Below, one piece after another: positions 37,903 through 47,414 of a DNA stretch of 64,000 nt. Location of the stretch: IMG/VR virus record IMGVR_UViG_3300025018_000093. One strand, written 5' to 3'. Source of the stretch: a virus. Lineage: Duplodnaviria > Caudoviricetes. The first letter of the stretch is position 1, and each line of letters begins with the position of its first letter. A model generated the notes under the pieces. It did not search any database. It was not told the origin of the DNA and was given only the letters and a program-made list of their open reading frames with translations. A program made the position numbers and the translations under genes.

Positions 37903-38681
37903 TGAATAGGATGCAGTCCGCGCAAGAGCGGGTGCTAAAGGGGATGCAGTCCGCGCAAGAGCGGGTTCAACGAGCACATCGTTTTCTTTGGCTTGACCTC
38001 CCCGTCCAGACCACGCAGGGAATCCTGAAGGCAGTGTTTTTGGTGCAGAGGGGGGTACTTGCTGTGAATGACTACGTGGTAGTCTCTCGCATGACATCCT
38101 CTCGGATAAGCCCCGAGGACCTGTCGGAAATTTGGCTTGACCCGGGGGCAAGGGATACACCCCCGGAGAATTGGGTACCTCCAGAAGTCGAGATGTACAG
38201 TGGTATCCAGGACGACCTCCCTGAGTATCAGGAATCCTCTTACGGGTACGTCCTTCCGCATCCGCGAGCGAGTTCGGGGTTGACCCAATCCGTGGTTGTG
38301 AACACACACAAGTTGATGCGCGAGAAGGCTGAGAAGTTCGGTGCAGAGAAGGCTCTGGAGTACCGACAGTCATTGGAAAAAGAACGGCAGGAGCGCTTCA
38401 AGAACCTCTCTGAGTTTCTAGCAGAAGCCTTGCAACGAAAGATCGGTCCAGAGGTTCCTCTCCGGGAGTTGCTCCTGGAGATTTGCAAGCTGAACTTGGT
38501 TGCCTGGCAGGTGGCAACTGATGGGGGATCGGATCCTCTGAGTGTGCTGCGGGAACTCTATCCCGAGGAATCTCCTTCTGAGGAGAAGGCCCCTTCTGAG
38601 GAGAAGGCCCCTTCTGAGGAGAAGGCCCCCTCAGCATCAGCACGACGAAGAAGAAAAGCACGACTAGACATACCTGGGTAG
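37887..38681 (+). CDS. Hypothetical protein with N- and C-terminal tandem repeats
   Basis: ATG after GGAGG. MQSAQERV x2 (25-bp repeat at 37909 and 37942) and PSEEKA x3 (18-bp units, 38574-38627). Confidence 0.75.
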   Translation: MFQNVMNRMQSAQERVLKGMQSAQERVQRAHRFLWLDLPVQTTQGILKAVFLVQRGVLAVNDYVVVSRMTSSRISPEDLSEIWLDPGARDTPPENWVPPEVEMYSGIQDDLPEYQESSYGYVLPHPRASSGLTQSVVVNTHKLMREKAEKFGAEKALEYRQSLEKERQERFKNLSEFLAEALQRKIGPEVPLRELLLEICKLNLVAWQVATDGGSDPLSVLRELYPEESPSEEKAPSEEKAPSEEKAPSASARRRRKARLDIPG

Positions 38682-38755
38682 CGCAAGCTCGCCGATGGTG
38701 CAAGGGCGTTCCCTGAGCAACTCCTCTCGGTATCATGTTCCGGGAGGAGTTATGC

Positions 38756-39274
38756 ATGCACCATAGTGACCTTGCCCTTACCTTTGTGGATAGCTGTTGC
38801 TACGCCGCAGAGGGCCTTCAGATGCCCGCCAAGGAACTTTGGGATGCCTACAAGGAGTGGAGCGAGGGGAGTAACCTGCGCCTCCTGAAGCGCAAGGATT
38901 TGCTTTCCCGCCTAGAGGTTTACTTCCAGGTCCTTCCAGGCCCCCCTTTGCGAGTCCAGGGTCTCCACCTCAAGGATGTGGATGACTGGGAGTGGTTTAA
39001 CCCCAGTGACCTTCGCAAGGTGTACTTGATCTCGGATGGACGAAGGACGAAGATAGGAATCAGCGTAGACCCACCAACCCGATTGGAGATGCTGCAGGTT
39101 GGTTCCGCAGAACCCCTGACGCTTCTGCATTGTTGGCCTGGGTCTTACGAGCAGGAGGGGGAGATCCAGAAACGCTACCGGCACAAGTATGTGCGGGGAG
39201 AGTGGTTTGATCTGGATGCTTCTGAAATTGAGATGATTGTTCGGTTGTCTCAGTGTCTTGACTATACCCTTTGA
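38756..39274 (+). CDS. T5orf172/MUG113-type GIY-YIG domain protein with an N-terminal primase-C-terminal-like winged helix
   Basis: VYLI...TKIGIS.DP..RL..LQ.G...E..I...Y...RGEWF. The N-terminus has ELWDAYKEWS. Confidence 0.8.
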   Translation: MHHSDLALTFVDSCCYAAEGLQMPAKELWDAYKEWSEGSNLRLLKRKDLLSRLEVYFQVLPGPPLRVQGLHLKDVDDWEWFNPSDLRKVYLISDGRRTKIGISVDPPTRLEMLQVGSAEPLTLLHCWPGSYEQEGEIQKRYRHKYVRGEWFDLDASEIEMIVRLSQCLDYTL

Positions 39275-39395
39275 TAGGGAGCGTCGAGGTTGCTTGTGCG
39301 CTGTAGCTCGGTGTCCTGTCTATAGTCGAGTGTAGAGTAGGGGATCATTCTCCGAGGGCCACCGCGCCGAGACTACGTAGAAAATGGGGTAGGTC

Positions 39396-40163
39396 ATGAA
39401 CACAGATAAGAATCCCTCCAATGGTGTACAGGGTAGCAGCTACCTGTATGACTTTGGTACGTCACCCAACACCAGGGTTGCCGTCTCCCAGAAGGTGCGG
39501 CTAAAGGCCCCCGTGTTTGGTGCCACGGAAACCAAACATCAGATGGGTGTTGTCAGTAGCTTCGCTCCCAGCCAGTCTCGTACCGTTGATGCGGTTCGCG
39601 GCATCGGGTTTGGAGACCAAATCGCTGAGCTGGTTCCCGGTGTTACCGATCCGGAAACAGGGTCCTTCGAGAGAGCCCTCCTGTATCTGAACAACTTGTG
39701 GCAGTCGACGGGTTACGCTGGTGGTGTGGACGGCCCTGTGCGGTCGCTCCGGCATCATCGCTGGCCGTTTGACATCGAGCAACAGCTTGTTTTCTCCACA
39801 CTGGTGGATGGGGACCTCGGGGTGCCGAACGTGGGGTCTTCACCCGGTGTTGGAACTTTCTCAGGTGGCCAGAAGATCGTTGTGGAGCAGCCGCAGGCCA
39901 CGCAGGACCTACATACGCCGAAGGGGGCACAGTTCGGGAGTAGTGCTGGGCACTCCGCTTTGATCACCATGTACGAAGCCTGCTGGTTCACCTCCTGGGG
40001 TGCCACGTTCTCCCAAGACTCCGGTATGATCATGGAGTCGGGTGACGTGACGATCAGTGACGTCCACGACTTCAGTTCCGTGTATGGGGAGTTTCTCTCG
40101 ACAGGGAATGACCCCACAGTTGGCCAGCTCGGTTCTATTCGTTACTCGGGCCAGGTCCGCTAA
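39396..40163 (+). CDS. Tail tube protein
   Basis: 255 aa between the sheath and chaperone/TMP genes. The pattern SQSRTVDAVRGIGFGD...FDIEQ...YEACWFTSWG is typical of myophage tubes. Confidence 0.8.
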   Translation: MNTDKNPSNGVQGSSYLYDFGTSPNTRVAVSQKVRLKAPVFGATETKHQMGVVSSFAPSQSRTVDAVRGIGFGDQIAELVPGVTDPETGSFERALLYLNNLWQSTGYAGGVDGPVRSLRHHRWPFDIEQQLVFSTLVDGDLGVPNVGSSPGVGTFSGGQKIVVEQPQATQDLHTPKGAQFGSSAGHSALITMYEACWFTSWGATFSQDSGMIMESGDVTISDVHDFSSVYGEFLSTGNDPTVGQLGSIRYSGQVR

Positions 40164-40182
40164 CGGTGCTGCCCAGTTTGAG

Positions 40183-40240
40183 AGGAGAGCTTCGGTCTCT
40201 CCTTTGTCCAGTCTGAGAGGAGAGACTCCGTCTCTCTTTG
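40183..40240 (+). terminator. Two tandem hairpins after the tube gene
   Basis: aggagag-c(ttcg)g-t-ctctcct (UUCG tetraloop) and gagagac-tcc-gtctctc, each followed by short T runs. Confidence 0.6.
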
Positions 40241-40467
40241 ACCCCTTTTACTAGGGGCAGGCTTGGTGAAGATGCGATACAGATGCAGCACAGATGAGAA
40301 ACAACGCTACCCGTGCAATCTCCCTGCCTCTCGGGCAGTATGATGAGCAAAGCGCAAGAAATCAAATGAGCCGGAGCAGCCGCAAAGCTCCTTCCTGAGG
40401 GGTGGATCGCTACATCTAGGTCTACATTTTCCAAAGCCTGTCCCTCCGTTATCTTGTCGGAGGACAC

Positions 40468-41631
40468 ATGATCGACCTCAAGGCTCTACAGCAGGCATTC
40501 GAATCTATCCAGAGGATTGGAAAGTACGAAGAGACATTCCTAGTTCGTGATATCCCTGTCACTGTCCGGGCTTTGGGTGACAAGGAACAGATTGCGATTT
40601 GGAAGTACGCAAGCGTAGCTCTGGAAGAGAGCGAGGATGCGGCGACCCAGCAGGAGTGGATGCACCGTATGAAGGTGGCCACCTTGTCGCATGCGATTGT
40701 CCAGATCGGAGACGTGGACCTGCGTTCCGAGTTTGTGAGTACTGGCGAGTCTTTGGACAATGGAACACCAATCCAACGAGAGAAGGTTGAAGTGGTTCGC
40801 CAACTTCTTGCCGATTGGGGTTCTGCGATTTTGCTACGGATGTTTTCCCGGTATGGGCAATTTGTAGCCCGCATGGAGTTGCGAGCGGAGGCGGCTATTG
40901 TGTCTGATCCTGTGGACTTTGATGCAGAGATCAAACGTCTCTCCACAAGGATACAGGAGCTGGAAGATCGCCGTGACAAGGAAAAGTCGGATCTTGTGGA
41001 CCCTCTGGGAAAGAAGATTCGGGATAGTCTGCAACTTGGGCAAGGTATCAGCCTAGACCGCAGGGACATGGCGGAAAGGGTCCAAGAGAGGGTTCCCGAG
41101 AGAGTCCAAGAGAGGGTTCCCGAGAGAGTCCAAGAGAGGGCTCCCGAAAGGGTCCAAGAGAGGGCTCCCGAAAGGGTCCAAGAGAGGGCTCCGGAGATGA
41201 ACTTTGCCACTCCTTCTGAGACGTACACCCAGTTGGAAGGCATTGATCCCGATTCCTCCTTCATTGATCCTGCAGACCCTTTGGTTTTACAGCAGATGCA
41301 AGCACAGCAGTCTCACCTGTTGGCACTCAAGCAGGCGCAGCTGGAGCGGCATCGCCAGGCAGTACAAGCGCAAGAGAACATCCGAAAAGAGGAGGTTGCT
41401 TCCGTACCTGTGCGGACGGGGAGGACCCCACCCCATCTGCAAGCTGCAAAGACGCAGGCACAGATTGTGGGTACGTTGCAGGAGGGAGGGGCAGACGTCC
41501 CTGTGTATCGACTTCCCTCCGAGACCATTTCCAGTCGGGGCACTGCACCTGTTGTCTCCTCGAACCCGGTTGTGAATGCGCCTAACGAGTCCAAGATCAC
41601 GAATCCCAAGTTTCAACCTCCCCGGAGGTAG
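40468..41631 (+). CDS. Putative tail assembly chaperone
   Basis: Positioned between tube and tape measure. Helical N-domain. Confidence 0.6.
   Translation: MIDLKALQQAFESIQRIGKYEETFLVRDIPVTVRALGDKEQIAIWKYASVALEESEDAATQQEWMHRMKVATLSHAIVQIGDVDLRSEFVSTGESLDNGTPIQREKVEVVRQLLADWGSAILLRMFSRYGQFVARMELRAEAAIVSDPVDFDAEIKRLSTRIQELEDRRDKEKSDLVDPLGKKIRDSLQLGQGISLDRRDMAERVQERVPERVQERVPERVQERAPERVQERAPERVQERAPEMNFATPSETYTQLEGIDPDSSFIDPADPLVLQQMQAQQSHLLALKQAQLERHRQAVQAQENIRKEEVASVPVRTGRTPPHLQAAKTQAQIVGTLQEGGADVPVYRLPSETISSRGTAPVVSSNPVVNAPNESKITNPKFQPPRR
41074..41193 (+). repeat. 24-bp tandem repeat x5 (ERVQERVP/ERVQERAP)
   Basis: ga(a/g)ag(g/a)gtccaagagaggg(t/c)tccc units read directly. Confidence 0.95.
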
Positions 41632-41634
41632 TAG

Positions 41635-42876
41635 GTGAGTACGAACACCGCAAGTGAGAAGTTGCAACTCCCGCCTACGACTTGGGAGCAAAGAAAACCT
41701 TTCTATGCGGGGATTGAGGATCTCCTGAATCCTGGGTTTTTCACACATGCCGTGACGGTGGGCGGTGTTTCTCTCTCTCTTCGCTCCCCTTCTCCGGGAG
41801 ACTTGTTCCTCCTCAGAAATCGAGTGGGGAGGCATCCAACCGAAGAGGATTGGATGCTTTGGTCGTTGTCCACATGCACTTGGATGTTGGATGGTGCGCT
41901 GTTACTGGAGGACGTCAATTTTCCGGTGCAGCTGATACGCCTGTATCGAAGCTTACCCCTGTCCGCACGAAAAGTTCTCTACAGCACGTTGCTCGCTCTG
42001 TTTGACAAGATGGAGAGGGTTTCGCATGGGGTGTTTTCCTTTTTCCTAGAGGAGCGGAGTCGCCATCTTTGGGTCCAGTTAGGCGGGGAGAACCCTACCT
42101 CTGAGAAGGTAACGGGGGTTCCAGGCACGAGTCATCTTGGCATGAATCTGGTGCAAAGAATGTGGGTTGCTTTCAACCAAATCGAAGATCGTCGTATCGC
42201 AGATGCGAACTTAGGGCAGTGGTCCAAGTTTGTGGCTTCTGCTAGCAACCCCAAGGGGGTGAAGCAGGTAACGTCCCAAGAGAAAATGCATCTGGAAGAG
42301 GAACGTGTCCGAAGGCAGGAAGAAAGAGATACCTTCTATTATATGTGCATTGGAGTGCTGCGGAATGATGATACCTTCATGGATGGCAGTGCTCTTCAGA
42401 AGAAGTCGAAGTCGGCTCAGGACCTTCAGAAAGAGTTCCAACAGTGGGTGACTGGGGAGAAGGACGTGCACGACACCATTGTGGACAACTACAAGCGAAG
42501 TTTGATGGAAAGGTATGTGGCCGAACAGCAGAGACTTGCGGAACGGGCACACTTGGATACGTCAGACGTGTACCACCAGGAAGAGGAAGTGGCACAGACG
42601 CCTCTCACGGGATACTCTGCCGAGATGCTTGCGGAGTTGATGCAGGAGAGAGGTCAGAGTGTCGCGGTGCGTCGCGTGTACGATGGCAAGAAAGAAGCAG
42701 CGCGCGCATATGTGTTTGATGCTTTCCTGAACAAACCCGAGATGCCACCCCCTCCTGGGGGCTTTGTGGTAAGAGACGGGAAAATAGTCACACCCGAAAG
42801 TTCTGTCTCGCTGGATGAGAAAATACGGAACCGAGACTTGCGTTATGGTCTCGACCCCTCCTCGTCGGAGTCCTAG
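41635..42876 (+). CDS. Second putative tail assembly chaperone-like protein
   Basis: GTG start, directly upstream of the tape measure gene. Confidence 0.55.
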   Translation: MSTNTASEKLQLPPTTWEQRKPFYAGIEDLLNPGFFTHAVTVGGVSLSLRSPSPGDLFLLRNRVGRHPTEEDWMLWSLSTCTWMLDGALLLEDVNFPVQLIRLYRSLPLSARKVLYSTLLALFDKMERVSHGVFSFFLEERSRHLWVQLGGENPTSEKVTGVPGTSHLGMNLVQRMWVAFNQIEDRRIADANLGQWSKFVASASNPKGVKQVTSQEKMHLEEERVRRQEERDTFYYMCIGVLRNDDTFMDGSALQKKSKSAQDLQKEFQQWVTGEKDVHDTIVDNYKRSLMERYVAEQQRLAERAHLDTSDVYHQEEEVAQTPLTGYSAEMLAELMQERGQSVAVRRVYDGKKEAARAYVFDAFLNKPEMPPPPGGFVVRDGKIVTPESSVSLDEKIRNRDLRYGLDPSSSES

Positions 42877-42878
42877 TC

Positions 42879-45800
42879 ATGGAAGATGTTGTTCGCCTAG
42901 TTCTGAATGCCGAGGTGGAAGGTCTTGCTGGGATCACGAGGAAACTTCAAGCGGCAGCCCAGGGCTTCTCGCTTGACTTCTCGGAAGTGATCAAGGACAT
43001 CTCCTTGATGTCCAAAAAGGTCCTTACGGGAGCCCTCAAGGATGGGTCCCGTAAGGCTATGCGGTTCATGCGGAGCAACATCTACCAATCCAGTGTAGAG
43101 GGTGTCGGCAGTGCAATGGAGAAGGGGACGGGGATCCTCACCAAGGGCTTGCAGGATGCCAAAGGTTCTTTCCAGGGGCTTGTCTCTGGCATCTTCAAGG
43201 GAGTTGGGGAGTCAGGGGAGAAGTATGGGCAGAAACTTGACAAGTACGGGAAGAAGTTACTAGCCACACAAAAAAAAGGGATTGTTGGCGGTGGTGTTAA
43301 AGCACTTGGTGTCACCGTTCGCATTCTGGGTTCCATCGCAGGGACCCTAGGTGTTGTTGTTTCCTCCTTTAGCGCCCTAATCGGAATGATTATGGACGCG
43401 GAAGCACAGGTAAAGGAGATGAACTCTGCCATTGTTTCCGGGGGGATCGCCGGGGGGGATCTTGCCTCTCAGTTGTGGGAGGTTGGTGCTGCGATGGATG
43501 TGATTCGAGAGTCCGCTGTGGACATCGAAAACAACTGGAAGTGGGGGACTTTGGCCAAGGACCAGATTGAGATTCTGGGGGCGTTCAACGAGGCTGGCTT
43601 TACCCTGAGGGACATGACCAAGGATGTCACCGATGCCAGTACAGCCATACGGGATTATCAGGACGTCACACGGGTGGCTCTGACCTATGCGAAGTTGTTG
43701 GGCATGACTGCTCAGGAGATGGCTACGCAGCAGGCGGAGTACATGGAGAGTCTTGGGGGTAGCCTCCAGTTTGTGGAGCAACAATTCGCGGCCGTGTATA
43801 AGTCGGCACAACTTTCTGGGTTTGGCGTCAAGCGTTTCTACAGCATGGTGCAGCAGGCGACTTCTGGCATGGCCATGTACAATGTTCGTCTGGACGAGGC
43901 AGCGGGGCTTCTAGTTCGACTGGGTCAAATCCTGGGATCCCGTGTAGCGGGAGACTTCCTGCAAGAGCTAAGCAAGGGGTTCGTGGACGAGTCCATGACA
44001 GACCGTTTCAAGCGTGTGATGACTACTGGCTCAGGCACGATGAAGACGATCTTCGAGAACACAGCGGATGACGTGGCTTTCGCCTTCCACAACAAGTTGA
44101 AGGCTCTTCCAGATGGGATCGGAAAGGATGTGGAAGCGATCCTGAAAGAGGCGAATCTCAATATCGACTTCAGCACAGAAGAGGGGCGAAAGGAGCTGGT
44201 AGGTCAGCTGGCGAAGATGGACCCTGATGCGGCGACAAAGCTACTAGCACAGATTCGCATGGTAGATGAGGGCACGGCCCGTGAGATGTCTAAGCTGATT
44301 GACGTTTCGGAAGGCACGACTGGAAATCTGGGCGACATGGCTAAGGCAATGGGTAGCCTGGACATGGGTGGTACGTTGGCTGCAAAACTTGCTTCCGCCA
44401 ACGCGATCATTGGAAAGCCACTGCACAAGATGAGTGCCATGCAATTGGCTGCTTTTGAGAACATCACGGGAATCAGTGGTGAGCAGAGAGAGATTCTAAT
44501 GGAGGTTTCCAGAGGACTCACGGGTAACTACCAAGTGCTTGAGGATTCTAAGAAGAGCGTGGAAGAGTTGAATGCTAAGACAGACGCGGAATCCCAAAAG
44601 AAGTTGGAAGCGTTGCAGGTAGCACAGTTGAAGGCAACGGGTGCTTTTGTGCGGGTTGAGGCTGGTGTAACCGAGATTGCCACAGCTGTCTTGGATGAGT
44701 CAGACCATATCGTGGGGGGCACCGAGAAGGCCATTGACAACATGGGAGAATACATCCAAAGCCAGGGTGATTCCATTGCTGCAGTGACCGAGAAGGCTAT
44801 GGATAAGAATACTGCTCTCGCACAGGCGGTGGCGCGCAACACCACTTCTATGGCTACCATTCTGGAGATAGGGGTTCATCAGGCTTTGGAGAAAATCTAC
44901 GGTGTCGTTGTGGCTCTTTCCTCTTTCTTCATGGGAAAGGGGGAGGATGCTGTGACTCCCAAGGAGCGGAAAAAGGAAATCAAGGACGCGCAGAACTTGG
45001 AGCGGAAGTTCAACTCCGAACGTGGGAAAGTCGAACAGGAGCTTGCTCAGAAGAAAATCGACTTGGATGAGGCTACTGGAGAGAAAAAGCAGGAACTAGA
45101 AAAGGAAGTGGCGGATCTCCAGGCAAAATCTGCGAACCTTGGTGTTAAGGCTGGCATGCAGAGGCTGAAGCAGGTGGAGCTGAGCGGTGCGACTTCCCGT
45201 GGAGAGTTTGACCAGGCTAAGGCGGGGACTCTGGAGCAATTCCTTGCCGGAGTGGCTGAGGTGAAGGGGGAGGAGGAAGCACAGAAGTATCGCGATAGAA
45301 TGAGTGCGGAGGTAGATCGTAGAGGGGGTGCTGCGGCGGGAGTTGAAAAGGCCCTTATGGATGAGGTATCTTCCAAATTGAATGCAAGTTTGGAGTCCAC
45401 GCAAGACTTGGGGAGTATCGTTGAGGGTGCACTAACGGGGAAAGCCGTGACTGCTGCCGCTGCTGAGGCGAAGCCTGTTGCTGCAGAAAGAGGTTACTTC
45501 GACAAGCTTGAAACTGTCATCCTGGGGTGGGTACCTTTTCGGAACACGACGGCTGAGGATACCGAGGAAGCTCAGGAGAAGCAACTGAAGGCACTGCGCC
45601 TCTTCGAGAGCTCTTTCCGAGAAGTTGGCAATATCTTTTTTAGGCAAGGTGACGCGCAAAAGTTAGCCAAGGATACTGCGAGTGGTGGATGGGATTCGTC
45701 CTTTGGTGGACCCGACGCCGAGGTCCTCAAGGAGCTTTCGCCAGAGGAGACCATCGCGCAATTCAAGGAGTACCTTCAGAAGATGAACCCAGGTGGCAAT

Positions 45801-46631
45801 GTTGACTACGCTGAGATGGCGGCGGACTTGGGCACCACAGAAGAGAAACTTCTTATTTCGCTGGCAAACCAGGGGCAAGCGCAGTTTGCATCCGTGTATC
45901 AGGATGGAAATGGAAGTTTGGTCGTCGCTGAGGAGAAAACGCAGGAGCTTCTCCAGACGAAGTTGGACGACTTGATTGTTGCCGCGAATGATGCCCGAAT
46001 AGCCGATGGCAAAGCGGGAAAGCTTGAACTCTCAGAAGAATGGAAGCAGAAGAAGAAGCAGGCGGTAGATATCGCAAAAGAGCTGAATCGGATGGAAGAG
46101 AAGCAGGCGGTCTACAAGCGTCTAGCCGAAATGGGGTATGATGAGGGTGAGATTCCTGCCGGTGTGATGGATGCAATTGACAAAGCTTTCAGCGAAGGAT
46201 CCTACGGTTCCTACGGTGCACAACGTAGCCTTGCACGAAAGGGTCTTCTCTCGGATAAAGGGACAGCCCTGGTCTTGGGAAAGCCGGAGGCAAAGGACTT
46301 CGTTTTCCGTCCTGGGCAAGACCCGCTTCTTTTCAGCCCCAACGATACGCTTGTAGGGATGAAGACAGGCGGTCCGATTGAGAAAGCACTTCTAGGGAAA
46401 TTGGAAGGGCGCATGTCGAAAGCCAACGACTTTCTGTCAAGCCCTGGGAAAGATCCTCTTCTCTTCAAGTCTGGGGGTACACTCCCGGAAGCGAAGAAGA
46501 GTGTGGAGCCAAAAGTTCCAGGTTCCGAGGCGGCTCCCCAAAAGCGAGGGGTGACGATCAACATCTATGGGTCGCAGGCCGAGGTCTACAAGACGGTCAA
46601 GCGAGTTCTCTCTGAAACAGGTACCCTCTGA
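42879..46631 (+). CDS. Tape measure protein (1250 aa)
   Basis: Long helical Ala/Gly/Lys-rich ORF in the canonical position, ending GVTINIYG... Confidence 0.85.
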   Translation: MEDVVRLVLNAEVEGLAGITRKLQAAAQGFSLDFSEVIKDISLMSKKVLTGALKDGSRKAMRFMRSNIYQSSVEGVGSAMEKGTGILTKGLQDAKGSFQGLVSGIFKGVGESGEKYGQKLDKYGKKLLATQKKGIVGGGVKALGVTVRILGSIAGTLGVVVSSFSALIGMIMDAEAQVKEMNSAIVSGGIAGGDLASQLWEVGAAMDVIRESAVDIENNWKWGTLAKDQIEILGAFNEAGFTLRDMTKDVTDASTAIRDYQDVTRVALTYAKLLGMTAQEMATQQAEYMESLGGSLQFVEQQFAAVYKSAQLSGFGVKRFYSMVQQATSGMAMYNVRLDEAAGLLVRLGQILGSRVAGDFLQELSKGFVDESMTDRFKRVMTTGSGTMKTIFENTADDVAFAFHNKLKALPDGIGKDVEAILKEANLNIDFSTEEGRKELVGQLAKMDPDAATKLLAQIRMVDEGTAREMSKLIDVSEGTTGNLGDMAKAMGSLDMGGTLAAKLASANAIIGKPLHKMSAMQLAAFENITGISGEQREILMEVSRGLTGNYQVLEDSKKSVEELNAKTDAESQKKLEALQVAQLKATGAFVRVEAGVTEIATAVLDESDHIVGGTEKAIDNMGEYIQSQGDSIAAVTEKAMDKNTALAQAVARNTTSMATILEIGVHQALEKIYGVVVALSSFFMGKGEDAVTPKERKKEIKDAQNLERKFNSERGKVEQELAQKKIDLDEATGEKKQELEKEVADLQAKSANLGVKAGMQRLKQVELSGATSRGEFDQAKAGTLEQFLAGVAEVKGEEEAQKYRDRMSAEVDRRGGAAAGVEKALMDEVSSKLNASLESTQDLGSIVEGALTGKAVTAAAAEAKPVAAERGYFDKLETVILGWVPFRNTTAEDTEEAQEKQLKALRLFESSFREVGNIFFRQGDAQKLAKDTASGGWDSSFGGPDAEVLKELSPEETIAQFKEYLQKMNPGGNVDYAEMAADLGTTEEKLLISLANQGQAQFASVYQDGNGSLVVAEEKTQELLQTKLDDLIVAANDARIADGKAGKLELSEEWKQKKKQAVDIAKELNRMEEKQAVYKRLAEMGYDEGEIPAGVMDAIDKAFSEGSYGSYGAQRSLARKGLLSDKGTALVLGKPEAKDFVFRPGQDPLLFSPNDTLVGMKTGGPIEKALLGKLEGRMSKANDFLSSPGKDPLLFKSGGTLPEAKKSVEPKVPGSEAAPQKRGVTINIYGSQAEVYKTVKRVLSETGTL

Positions 46632-47413
46632 TGCCTTCTGCAACCTTCAAGGGAGCGTTCCACAACGCGCAGGCGGGGGAGATGGGGCGAGGCGTACGCC
46701 CGGTCGTCTTTGACATCCTGGCCCCGGACTATGAGACTAGTTTACTCCCCGATGACCTCAAGATGGTCCTGCATGTCAATCCTAACTCAATGAAGTTCAG
46801 CTACGCCAAGGTGATTGAGAGGATTCAGACCAAGGGTGGCTACGTGGAACAGCACTTTGGAGATGGAGCCGAGAGCATTGCTTTCGAAGCCTCTTCCGGT
46901 GCCTTCATGCGCCTCTACACGGGTCTGGTCAGCATTACGGGTGGGCCGCATAGCTTGAATGTTGGGGGGACTCGCAGGGAGACCATTGCCTACGACACCT
47001 ACTTGGACCTCCTGGCGTTGTTCCATAGCAACGGTGCTATCTACGACAATCGAGGGAGCATCGTTTTCCAGGGCATTATCAAGATCAGCTTTGATGGGGA
47101 CTATTGGCTTGGGTGGTTCAACTCCTTTTCGGTGAGCGAGGAAGCGGAGCAGCCCTACCAGTTCATGCTGAATGCCGACTTCACCATCGCCAAAGAGTTC
47201 ATGGGTCTCCGCACAGTGATACAACAAACAGCTGGGATCACTCCACTCGGAGGTGAGAACCCTCTGGCTCAGGACTTGTATCAGAAGAGGGAGGACGAGG
47301 CTGTGGAGACGTCCTTGAAACTGTCTCCCCGGGGGGAGCTACTGCGAGACACCACCACAGCCCCCTTGGTGGAGTCGACACAAGCTTCTCTGGGGTGGCT
47401 GAAGGAAGAGTAG
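46631..47413 (+). CDS. Baseplate tube-initiator-like protein (T4 gp48/gp54 position)
   Basis: Follows the TMP. LHVNPNSMKFSY...IERIQTKGGYVEQHFG aligns with the C-domain of the next gene. Confidence 0.6.
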   Translation: MPSATFKGAFHNAQAGEMGRGVRPVVFDILAPDYETSLLPDDLKMVLHVNPNSMKFSYAKVIERIQTKGGYVEQHFGDGAESIAFEASSGAFMRLYTGLVSITGGPHSLNVGGTRRETIAYDTYLDLLALFHSNGAIYDNRGSIVFQGIIKISFDGDYWLGWFNSFSVSEEAEQPYQFMLNADFTIAKEFMGLRTVIQQTAGITPLGGENPLAQDLYQKREDEAVETSLKLSPRGELLRDTTTAPLVESTQASLGWLKEE

Positions 47414-47414
47414 C

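Noticed and set aside
41629-41637. Programmed readthrough or frameshift joining the two tail chaperone ORFs (lambda G/GT-like)
   Set aside because: The ORFs are in the same frame but separated by two consecutive TAG stops, and I saw no slippery heptamer.
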